Assembly (NCBI GenBank): GCA_963731295.1
Contig: CAVSUP010000006.1
Span: forward strand, 140,827 to 204,826
DNA length: 64,000 nt
Origin: an uncultured Actinomycetota bacterium
GTDB taxonomy: Bacteria > Actinomycetota > Actinomycetes > Propionibacteriales > Propionibacteriaceae
Reading direction: 5' to 3'
The translations under genes were made by a program, and so were the position numbers. The number at the start of each line of letters is the position of its first letter. The first letter of the stretch is position 1. Under the pieces are notes generated by a model. The model was not told where the DNA came from and ran no database searches. It saw only the letters and a program-made list of their open reading frames with translations. Positions 1-7,216 of the stretch are shown piece by piece.

Positions 1-5
1 GCCTG

Positions 6-548
6 ATGCTCCAGGGCGCGGCCTCGAATCTGCTCCCGTACACCACGGCCGAGGAGAACGTCGTGTTCGCCACCGGGACGTCGGCATCGGGCAACCCGGT
101 GCTCCGCGCCGCCGGGCTGGTCGGGGACAAACGTCCCGTCCGGCAACTCGACCGGGCCGCGCAGCAGGCCACGGCCCTGGCGGTGGCCATGGCCCGCAAG
201 CCCCGGCTGCTGCTGGTCGACGAACCCACCAGCCAGTTGGACGACCAGTCCCGGGACGCGCTGCTCGACGCGATGTCGGAGGTCACCCGGTCGGCCGGCA
301 CCACCCTGCTGATGGTGACCCACGACGAAGAGGTCGCCGGGCGGCTCGAACGGTCGGTGCGGATGCGCGCCGGCCGGGTCGGCGCCGAAGGGGAGCGGCA
401 CGACCAGTACGCCGTGGTCGGGGCGGACGGCTCCATCCAGTTGCCGGAGGAACTGCTGGAGACCTGGCCGGCCGGCACCCGGCTGGAGGTCAAGGCCGTG
501 TCGCCGGTCCGGGCCTATCTCGAGCTGCGCAACAACGAGGTGGACTGA
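6..548 (+). CDS. ABC transporter ATP-binding protein (5'-truncated by window edge) with short C-terminal AbrB-like extension
   Basis: Walker B LLLVDEPTSQLD and H-loop MVTHD; no Walker A because the gene starts upstream; C-terminal YAVVGADGSIQLPEELL resembles an AbrB-type hairpin. Confidence 0.8.
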   Translation: MLQGAASNLLPYTTAEENVVFATGTSASGNPVLRAAGLVGDKRPVRQLDRAAQQATALAVAMARKPRLLLVDEPTSQLDDQSRDALLDAMSEVTRSAGTTLLMVTHDEEVAGRLERSVRMRAGRVGAEGERHDQYAVVGADGSIQLPEELLETWPAGTRLEVKAVSPVRAYLELRNNEVD

Positions 549-1189
549 TGAACCTCGAGCATCCAGCGGGCGGCCTCGTGGCCACCCAGTTGACCGTACG
601 TGGCGCCGCGGGCGTGCCCACGGCACCACTCGACCTCCAGGTCGAGCCCGGCCGGCGGGTCGGGCTGATCGCCCCATCGGCGGCCGATGCGTCCGGATTG
701 CTGGCGGTGTTGGCGGGTCGGCAACGACCGGTCGGTGGCTCCGTCGTCCTCGACGGGACGGCCGTCTTCGGCGACTCGCTGCCCGATCGGATCGGCTACG
801 TCAGCTACGAGCACCGGCTGATCGGGACACTCACCGCCGCGGAGAACGTCGTGGCGATGCTGCTCGGTCGCGCCACGGAATCCGCGTCCGACATCTGGCG
901 GCGCGCCGAGGAGCAGCTGGCCGAGCTCGGCCTGCCCAAGTCGAGCTGGCATAACCTGGTCGAGCAGCTCTCCGGCGGCCAGCAACAACGGGTCGGCCTG
1001 GCGCGGGCGATGGCCGGGCGGCCCCGGCTGTTGGTGCTCGACGACCCGACCAGCGAGCTCGATCCGGACAGCGCCGTGCTGGTGGCCGATGTCCTCGACG
1101 AGGCCTGTGCGGCCGGAGCCTGCTGCGTCCTGACCACCACCGACGACGGCGTACTCGCCTCGTGTTCTCAGCAGGTGCGATTGACCTGA
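548..1189 (+). CDS. ABC transporter ATP-binding protein with degenerate Walker A
   Basis: Signature LSGGQQQRVGLARA and Walker B LLVLDDPTSELD; stop of the previous gene overlaps this start; P-loop reads GLIAPSAADAS. Confidence 0.8.
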   Translation: MNLEHPAGGLVATQLTVRGAAGVPTAPLDLQVEPGRRVGLIAPSAADASGLLAVLAGRQRPVGGSVVLDGTAVFGDSLPDRIGYVSYEHRLIGTLTAAENVVAMLLGRATESASDIWRRAEEQLAELGLPKSSWHNLVEQLSGGQQQRVGLARAMAGRPRLLVLDDPTSELDPDSAVLVADVLDEACAAGACCVLTTTDDGVLASCSQQVRLT

Positions 1190-1255
1190 CCGCTTCCGAT
1201 TGCCTCGGCGCGCGGCCTCGGGTGTGCCGCTTTCGCCCGGGCTTCCGGGCGTTTT

Positions 1256-1327
1256 CGACCGTGTGCGGAGAAACGGCGGCGGAATCGGCGAATTCGGCCG
1301 ACCTTTGCGACCGTGTGCGGAGAAACG
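1256..1327. repeat. Intergenic direct repeat, 2 x CGACCGTGTGCGGAGAAACG
   Basis: 20-mer at ~1256 and ~1308 in the gap between two genes. Confidence 0.7.
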
Positions 1328-1415
1328 AGGGGCGGAATCGACGGGCATCCGGGCCTGTCATCTCGCACCGGGTGCGGAGCGATGCCAGCCGCGAAAGTCG
1401 CTACGCTCGGTCGGT

Positions 1416-1955
1416 ATGGGCACCCCGACGCTGATCATCGTCAGCGGCCCACCCGGATCCGGGAAGACGACGCTGGCGCGACTGGTCAGTCGTGACGTGG
1501 GCTGCCCGCTGGTCTGCCGCGACGAGATCAAGGAAGGCATGGTGGCGGCTCACCCGGGCTTTGTCGCCACGGCCAGCGACGCGCTGACCCTTCGGACCTT
1601 CGCGGTGTTCTTCGACGCGATCCAGCTCCTCCTCGCGGCCGAGGTGACATTGGCCGCGGAGGCAGCCTTTCAGCATGATCTCTGGATGAGCGGACTCGGT
1701 CGACTGACGGCCGGGTTCGAGGCCCGGGTGATTCGTTGCGTCGTTCCTCGAGAGGTCGCCCACGCCCGGGTGGGGCACCGGCTCGCCGATGTGTCGACTC
1801 GTGGCGCGCACGCCGACGCCGACTATCTGACCAACGCGCCGATCTTCGAAGCGCTGCGGATCGAGGCGCCGACCGTGGACATCGACACGACCGATGGCTA
1901 CGCGCCGGACCTGGCCGTCGTACGCGCCTTCTGTCTTGCTGGTCGGGCGCAATAG
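1416..1955 (+). CDS. AAA_33-like P-loop nucleotide kinase
   Basis: LIIVSGPPGSGKTTLAR Walker A; ATG at 1416 preceded by TACGCT hexamer. Confidence 0.8.
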   Translation: MGTPTLIIVSGPPGSGKTTLARLVSRDVGCPLVCRDEIKEGMVAAHPGFVATASDALTLRTFAVFFDAIQLLLAAEVTLAAEAAFQHDLWMSGLGRLTAGFEARVIRCVVPREVAHARVGHRLADVSTRGAHADADYLTNAPIFEALRIEAPTVDIDTTDGYAPDLAVVRAFCLAGRAQ

Positions 1956-2332
1956 CCGAGAAGATCGGGCCGGATTTAGGCCAGCCACCTCGTGCAGCTC
2001 TTCGGCCAACCTGTGCTCCAGGATGCTGCCCGCCATGACCCGCTTGACCGGTCCGCCGCTCCGCCGAAGCGCACCCAGCAGGTGATCGAGGTCGTCCGGA
2101 CCCGGCTACTGGGCCTACGGCCGCACCGAGGACCGCTTCCAGGCCGAGAAGCGCGAACCCATCGGCCAGATCTCCCTCGACTGAAGCCCTGCGGGTCGCT
2201 GCTCCGCCTTTGCTCCCTTTGCTCAGCTTCGCTCCCGCCATAGACGGAGCAAAGCTGAACAGCGGGAGCGAACGGCAGCCGGGGCGGGGGGCCGATCGAG
2301 ACCGACGGCCCGGCTTCACCACAATGGCTTCC

Positions 2333-2656
2333 ATGATCTTCATCGTGGTCAAGTTCACGGCCAAGCCCGAGTACGCCGATACCTTCCTGGACGAGGTCGG
2401 CTCATTCACCGCAGCCACGCGCGGGGAGGAGGGCGTGCTCTGGTTCGACTGGTCGGTCAGTGCCGACGATCCGAGCCAGTTCGTGCTCGTCGAGGCGTTC
2501 CGGGACGGCGAGGCCGGTGGCGCGCATGTCAACAGCGATCACTTCAAGGCCGGAATCCAGACGTTGCAGCGACTCGTCGCCAAGACCCCCGACATCATCA
2601 ACGTCGAGGTCCCCGGCGACAGCTGGTCGAAGATGGGTGAAGTCACCGTCGACTGA
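2333..2656 (+). CDS. Putative quinol monooxygenase (ABM domain)
   Basis: MIFIVVKFTAKPEY...TRGEEGVLWFDW...FVLVEAFRD...HVNSDHF pattern, ~107 aa. Confidence 0.85.
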   Translation: MIFIVVKFTAKPEYADTFLDEVGSFTAATRGEEGVLWFDWSVSADDPSQFVLVEAFRDGEAGGAHVNSDHFKAGIQTLQRLVAKTPDIINVEVPGDSWSKMGEVTVD

Positions 2657-2715
2657 GCCGCGCGTCCGCTCGCCGACCTACCACCCGGGCACTGTCGCCC
2701 CGGGCAACCCACGCA

Positions 2716-2819
2716 GGCCTGTCCTTTTCCAGATCGCCTGCTCGTTCACTTCTCGAGGACCACTCTGGTCCTCAGACGCACGAAGGAGGGCTCCGATGCC
2801 GCAATACCTGGCCTGGACG
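2716..2819 (+). repeat. Copy 1 of a ~105 bp direct repeat: duplicate of the yciI promoter, RBS and first 8 codons
   Basis: GGCCTGTCCTTTTCCAGATCGCC...GAAGGAGGGCTCCGATGCCGCAATACCTGGCCTGGACG aligns by eye with 3823-3926. Confidence 0.9.
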
Positions 2820-2932
2820 GACATCAGTTCGTCGTCTGAGCCGGTCCACGCCGTGTCCCGAACGAGATGGAGTTCGACCATCGCGCCATCCGGCGAAACT
2901 CCGACCACGTCCACCGTCTCCGGATTGAAGAT
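2815..2932 (-). pseudogene. Fragment resembling the N-terminus of DUF6572-type proteins
   Basis: IFNPETVDVVGVSPDGAMVELHLVRDTAWTGSDDELMSVQ, cut off where it meets repeat copy 1; family assignment from memory. Confidence 0.45.
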
Positions 2933-2979
2933 CAGATGGGTAGCGTTTCACAGCCACGACGGGTGCGCCCGACTCTTGG

Positions 2980-3027
2980 CATGTCGGCTCGGCCGACCAT
3001 CGACATGTCGGCTCGGCCGACCATCGG
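2980..3027. repeat. Tandem 24 bp repeat x2, each containing hairpin GTCGGC-TCG-GCCGAC
   Basis: CATGTCGGCTCGGCCGACCATCG at 2980 and 3004. Confidence 0.85.
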
Positions 3028-3085
3028 CACGACCGCGCGGGACTCGGCATCGACGCGCTGCGCCCCGACGGCGGCATGATCATTT

Positions 3086-3104
3086 GCATCCCAAAGTGGG
3101 ATGC
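3086..3104. promoter_or_regulatory. Probable TA autoregulatory operator
   Basis: Perfect IR GCATCCCA-aag-TGGGATGC just upstream of -10 TACGAT (3111) and the antitoxin ATG (3124). Confidence 0.65.
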
Positions 3105-3123
3105 TTCGGGTACGATCGGTGGC

Positions 3124-3357
3124 ATGAGCACTCAGATCGCTGTTCGCCTCCCCGACGAGATGGTGGCCTTCCTCGACCGCACCGTGGCCGCCGGCAAGGC
3201 TCCTAGCCGGGCCGCGCTCGTCGCGGCGGCGGTGGAGCGGGAGATGCGCCGACAGGCCGCCGCACAAGACGTCCAGGTCTTGCGTGAGCACGGCACCGCC
3301 GACGGTCTGGACGACTTGGTGCAGTGGAGCAGCACCCACCTCGAGGTCGAGGACTGA
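3124..3357 (+). CDS. Ribbon-helix-helix antitoxin (MazE-like)
   Basis: MSTQIAVRLPDEMVAFLDR...SRAALVAAAVERE RHH pattern; 3 bp upstream of toxin. Confidence 0.85.
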   Translation: MSTQIAVRLPDEMVAFLDRTVAAGKAPSRAALVAAAVEREMRRQAAAQDVQVLREHGTADGLDDLVQWSSTHLEVED

Positions 3358-3360
3358 TCG

Positions 3361-3675
3361 GTGCGCGAGATCTGCTTGGTGCGTCTCGACAAAACCCGGC
3401 CGGCTCTGGTCTTGACCCGCGAAGCGGCGCGGGCCGCGATGACCAAGGTGACCGTCGCTCCCATCACCACCACCGTCAAGGGACTGTCCAGCGAGATTCT
3501 GGTCGGACCTGACAACGGACTGGATCACGACTGCGTGGTCGTCCTCGACAACGTCATCACCGTCTCGGTGAACCTCCTCGGCCGCACAGTCGGGTACCTC
3601 AGCGCCGAACAGGAGACTCAGCTGGCGCGCGCCGTGGTCTTGGCCTACGACCTCGAACTACCTCTCCTCGAGTGA
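3361..3675 (+). CDS. mazF: PemK/MazF family endoribonuclease toxin
   Basis: DKTRPALVLTR, VTVAPITTT, GLDHDCVVVLDNVITV motifs. Confidence 0.9.
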   Translation: MREICLVRLDKTRPALVLTREAARAAMTKVTVAPITTTVKGLSSEILVGPDNGLDHDCVVVLDNVITVSVNLLGRTVGYLSAEQETQLARAVVLAYDLELPLLE

Positions 3676-3725
3676 CCAGTGAGCGGTAGCCGCCGGACCT
3701 TACCCAGAGAGGGCGACGTGTTGTG

Positions 3726-3776
3726 CCTAGCTTCCTCGAGTCTCGCGACCCGAGGAAGCGACCCGAGGAAGCTAGG
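3726..3776 (+). terminator. Stem-loop downstream of toxin gene
   Basis: CCTAGCTTCCTCG...CGAGGAAGCTAGG 13 bp IR; the loop and right arm carry a duplicated CGACCCGAGGAAG. Confidence 0.55.
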
Positions 3777-3822
3777 TTGCGGTTTGGGTGAGACCCCGGT
3801 TCTTCACCGAGCTTCCCGCGAA

Positions 3823-3926
3823 GGCCTGTCCTTTTCGAGATCGCCGGTTCGTTCACTTCTCGAGGGGCCACTCTGGTCCTCAGAAGCTGAAGGAGGGCTG
3901 CGATGCCGCAATACCTGGCCTTGACG
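3823..3926 (+). promoter_or_regulatory. Copy 2 of the repeat: native yciI upstream region with putative ECF promoter (TGTC...CGTTC) and RBS
   Basis: TGTCC at 3827, CGTTC at 3850, GAAGGAGG RBS, ATG 3903; resembles ECF42-type promoters. Confidence 0.65.
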
Positions 3927-4250
3927 TATACCGCCGATGTGGATTGGTGGGCTCCCGAGCAGGCGGACGAACTGGCCGAATACCGCCGGTTCGGGGTCGA
4001 CCACGCTGACAAGATCGGCGCAAGTGCCGTCCTGCACCCGACGAGTACGGCGACGGTCGTCCGGGTGCAGGGTGCCCGGGGCGGCGACATCGTCACCACC
4101 GATGGGCCGTACGCCGAGACCAAGGAAGCGCTGACCGGCTACTACCTGATCGAGGCGGCCGATCTCGACGAAGCGGTCGCCGTGGCGGCTGACATCCCGG
4201 CGGCTTGGGGCGGCGCGGTCGAGGTCCGCCCGGTCATCGTCGCCCGGTAG
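3903..4250 (+). CDS. YciI/DGPF-domain protein
   Basis: TDGPYAETKEALTGYYLIEAADLDEA...GAVEVRPV hallmark. Confidence 0.92.
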   Translation: MPQYLALTYTADVDWWAPEQADELAEYRRFGVDHADKIGASAVLHPTSTATVVRVQGARGGDIVTTDGPYAETKEALTGYYLIEAADLDEAVAVAADIPAAWGGAVEVRPVIVAR

Positions 4251-4276
4251 TCACGGTGATTCCCGGGCCTGGTGGG

Positions 4277-5530
4277 GTGGCTCACGACGCCGTCGCCGAG
4301 ACCATCCGGGTCGAGGGCGCGCGCATCCTCGCGACCTTGATCCGGACGGTGGGCGACGTGCAACTCGCCGAAGACGCCGTGCAGGAGGCGACTGTCGCGG
4401 CCCTCGGCGCCTGGCCGGTCACCGGAGTGCCGCCGCAACCCCGGGCCTGGCTCACGCTGACCGCACGCCGCAAGGCGATCGACATCCTCCGCCGCGAGCA
4501 GGCTCGACCGGGCAAGGAGTACGAGGGGATGCGGTCGATCGAGCTCGACGCGTCGGAGCTGCCACCAGATGAGGTCGTACGCGACGACCTGCTGCGGCTG
4601 ATCTTCACCTGCTGCCATCCCACGCTCGCGCCGCCCACCCGCGTGGCCCTTGCCCTGCGTACCCTCTGCGGGCTCGCCCCGGCTCAGATCGCCGCGGTCC
4701 TGCTCACCACCGAGGCCGCGACCGCCAAGCGGCTGACCCGGGCCCGGCAGAAGATCGCAGCGGCCCACATCCCCTACCGGGTGCCTGCCCCCGACGAACT
4801 GGCCGCTCGACTTCCGGCGGTCTGCGGCGTGGTCCACGGTCTCTACACCGCCGGCCATGCGCCGCTCGAGGGAACGGCCGCGTACGACCTCGACGTCTGC
4901 GCCGAAGCGCTCAGATTGGCCGAGTTGCTGCACGGACTGCTGCCCGATCAGCCGATGCCGGCCGCGGTCCTCGCGTTGCTGCTGCTGACCGAGGCCCGCC
5001 GGCCGGCCCGGCTGGACGAGCGCGGCGAAGTCGTCACGCTCGACCGACAAGATCGCGGCGAGTGGGACACCGCAGCCGTCGCTCGCGGCATCGACCTGCT
5101 CAACCAATCCTTGCGCGGCACCAACGGCGTGGCCGACGCCTACCAGCTCCAGGCCGCCATCGCGGCGGAGCATGCGCGCGCGCCGAGCTACGACGGGACG
5201 GACTGGACCGAGATCCTTCGGCTCTACGATCTCCTTATGTCCGTGGCGCCCAACCCGTCCGCTGCCCTCGGGCGAGCGGTTGCGGCCGGCGAGGCCGTCG
5301 GTCCCGCAGCGGGGCTGGCGATGCTGGCCGAGCTGCCGACCTCGCCCCGCTGGCACGCGATTCGCGGTGAGCTGTTGGCCCGAGAAGGCCGCTATGTCGA
5401 GGCCGCCGCGGAGCTTGCCGCGGCCCTGGCCGGGAGCGGCACCCAACCAGAACACCAGCATCGAGTACGGCGTCGCCGGGCCTTCCTGGAACTGGCCGCG
5501 CGGGATGACAGCGACGAGAGGATGGGCTGA
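4277..5530 (+). CDS. ECF42-type RNA polymerase sigma factor with C-terminal TPR-like extension (DUF6596)
   Basis: LAEDAVQEA, WLTLTARRKAID, LRLIFTCCHP, YQLQAAIAAEH motifs; directly follows a DGPF gene; start uncertain (4256 or 4277). Confidence 0.88.
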   Translation: MAHDAVAETIRVEGARILATLIRTVGDVQLAEDAVQEATVAALGAWPVTGVPPQPRAWLTLTARRKAIDILRREQARPGKEYEGMRSIELDASELPPDEVVRDDLLRLIFTCCHPTLAPPTRVALALRTLCGLAPAQIAAVLLTTEAATAKRLTRARQKIAAAHIPYRVPAPDELAARLPAVCGVVHGLYTAGHAPLEGTAAYDLDVCAEALRLAELLHGLLPDQPMPAAVLALLLLTEARRPARLDERGEVVTLDRQDRGEWDTAAVARGIDLLNQSLRGTNGVADAYQLQAAIAAEHARAPSYDGTDWTEILRLYDLLMSVAPNPSAALGRAVAAGEAVGPAAGLAMLAELPTSPRWHAIRGELLAREGRYVEAAAELAAALAGSGTQPEHQHRVRRRRAFLELAARDDSDERMG

Positions 5531-5531
5531 C

Positions 5532-5864
5532 GTGGCAGGCGACGAAGAGTTCGGTGAGGTCTTCACGGCAGCGGCCGAGGGGATGCTCGCCGCGTACCCC
5601 AAGGACGAGAGCGGGCGGATGTTTCATGCGCCCGGCCTCAAAACCGCCGGCAAGTTCTACGCTTTCGCCGCTGCCGGTGATCTCGTGGTGAAGCTGCCGG
5701 CCGCCCGCGTCCAGGAACTGATCGCCCGTGGCGACGGTCAGCCCTGCTCGCCGCGACCGGGCCGGCCGATGAGGGAGTGGGTCCAGATTCCGGCACCGGA
5801 CCACGAAAGCTGCCGCGGCTATCTCCTGGAGGCACGGAATTTCGTGTCCAGCTTGATGACCTGA
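5532..5864 (+). CDS. Small TfoX/YjbR-like protein
   Basis: GRMFHAPGLKTAGKFYAF...LVVKLPAARV...MREWV pattern. Confidence 0.65.
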   Translation: MAGDEEFGEVFTAAAEGMLAAYPKDESGRMFHAPGLKTAGKFYAFAAAGDLVVKLPAARVQELIARGDGQPCSPRPGRPMREWVQIPAPDHESCRGYLLEARNFVSSLMT

Positions 5865-5893
5865 GGCGGGCCCCGGCGACGTAGCCTGCGAGG

Positions 5894-6604
5894 GTGAGCA
5901 AGGAGCGAGTCGCCAGACTTTGTTTCGGCGCTATCGGCGTGATCGCGGCGTTCTCGGTCGGCCTCCAACTGGTCCAGGACTGGTTGGGGGTATGGGACGA
6001 CCCGGGCACGGTCAAGCCGTCCCACGCGGTCGTGGTCTGGCGCTTCGTCAGCTATTTCACCACCCAGGCCAATCTGCTCGTTGTCGCGACGTCGTTCAGC
6101 CTGGCCCGCCGACCCGGACGAGACGGATCAGGCTGGCGAGTCGCGCGGATCAACGCGCTCTCCGGCATCGCCATCACCGGCTTGGTGCACTGGTTCCTGC
6201 TCCACCCGCTCGATCATTTCCACGGCTGGCTCTGGGCCTCCGACACTCTGGTGCACATCGTGGTGCCGGCCCTCGCCGTTCTGGCCTGGTTGATCTTCGG
6301 CCCGCGGCGGCGGATCAACCTCCGCGTCGTGCTGCTCGGCCTGATCTGGCCGCTGGCCTGGCTGGTCTACACCCTGGTGGTCGGGGCCTTCACCCACTTC
6401 TATCCGTATTTCTTCCTTGATGTCGCCCAGACCGGCGCCGGAGTCGTCGCCCTCTACTGCGTGGCGATCTTGATCTTGCTCTTCGCGGTGTCCTGCCTCT
6501 TCTGGCTCGGCGACCGTTGGTTGCCCGGCCGATCCACCCCGTACGCGCGGTCCGACCGCGCCTCCGCCCTCCCGCACTCGAGCGATGCGGCTCGCCGACG
6601 ATGA
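5894..6604 (+). CDS. Pr6Pr (FAR-17a/AIG1-like) family membrane protein
   Basis: FVSYFTTQANLL, LVHIVVP, YPYFFLD motifs with several TM segments. Confidence 0.85.
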   Translation: MSKERVARLCFGAIGVIAAFSVGLQLVQDWLGVWDDPGTVKPSHAVVVWRFVSYFTTQANLLVVATSFSLARRPGRDGSGWRVARINALSGIAITGLVHWFLLHPLDHFHGWLWASDTLVHIVVPALAVLAWLIFGPRRRINLRVVLLGLIWPLAWLVYTLVVGAFTHFYPYFFLDVAQTGAGVVALYCVAILILLFAVSCLFWLGDRWLPGRSTPYARSDRASALPHSSDAARRR

Positions 6605-6620
6605 CCGACGTTTGACGGGA

Positions 6621-7207
6621 GTTGATCTTGCCCTTCGACAGGCTCAGGGCACGGATACGGCGGCGTCTCGATTCGGAGGCTGATCTTGCCCTTCGACAGG
6701 CTCAGGGCACGAAACGGCTGACTGTTCAGCGAGTGGGTCGGAGGTTACGTTCGCTGAGCTTGTCGAAGCGCAGCTCCGGACGTGTGTTGATCTTGCCCTT
6801 CGACAGGCTCAGGGCACGAAAGGGTTGACTGTTCAGCGAGGTCGTCGGAAGTTGCGTTCGCTGAGCTTGTCGAAGCGCAGCTCCGGACGTGTGTTGATCT
6901 TGCCCTTCGACAGGCTCAGGGCACGTATACGGCGGCGTCTCGGATCGGAGGTTGATCTTGCCCTTCGACAGGCTCAGGGCACGAAAGGGCTGACTGTTCA
7001 GCGAGTGGGTCGGAGGTTACGTTCGCTGAGCTTGTCGAAGCGCAGCTCCGGACGTGTGTTGATCTTGCCCTTCGACAGGCTCAGGGCACGGATGCGGCGG
7101 CGTCTCGGTTCGGAGGTTGATCTTGCCCTTCGACAGGCTCAGGGCACGTATACGACGGCGTCTCGGTTCGGAGGTTGATCTTGCCCTTCGACGGGCTCGG
7201 GGCGCGG
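6621..7207 (+). repeat. REP/BIME-like array 1
   Basis: 8 copies of TTGATCTTGCCCTTCGACAGGCTCAGGGCACG and 3 of inverted partner CGTTCGCTGAGCTTGTCGAAGCGCAGCTCC, between convergent genes. Confidence 0.95.
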
Positions 7208-7216
7208 ACAACTGGC

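Noticed and set aside
1990-2187. Possible gene remnant ending GYWAYGRTEDRFQAEKREPIGQISLD
   Set aside because: No continuous frame or start, and no family I can recognise
2716-3926. Classical prophage, ICE or IS with att sites
   Set aside because: No integrase, transposase or tRNA target; only the duplication and TA are evident, so it is reported as an islet
6621-7207. Possible CRISPR array
   Set aside because: The spacers are themselves repeated and contain inverted copies of the repeat; no cas genes; the same core recurs at 18.2 and 33.2 kb as REP-like elements
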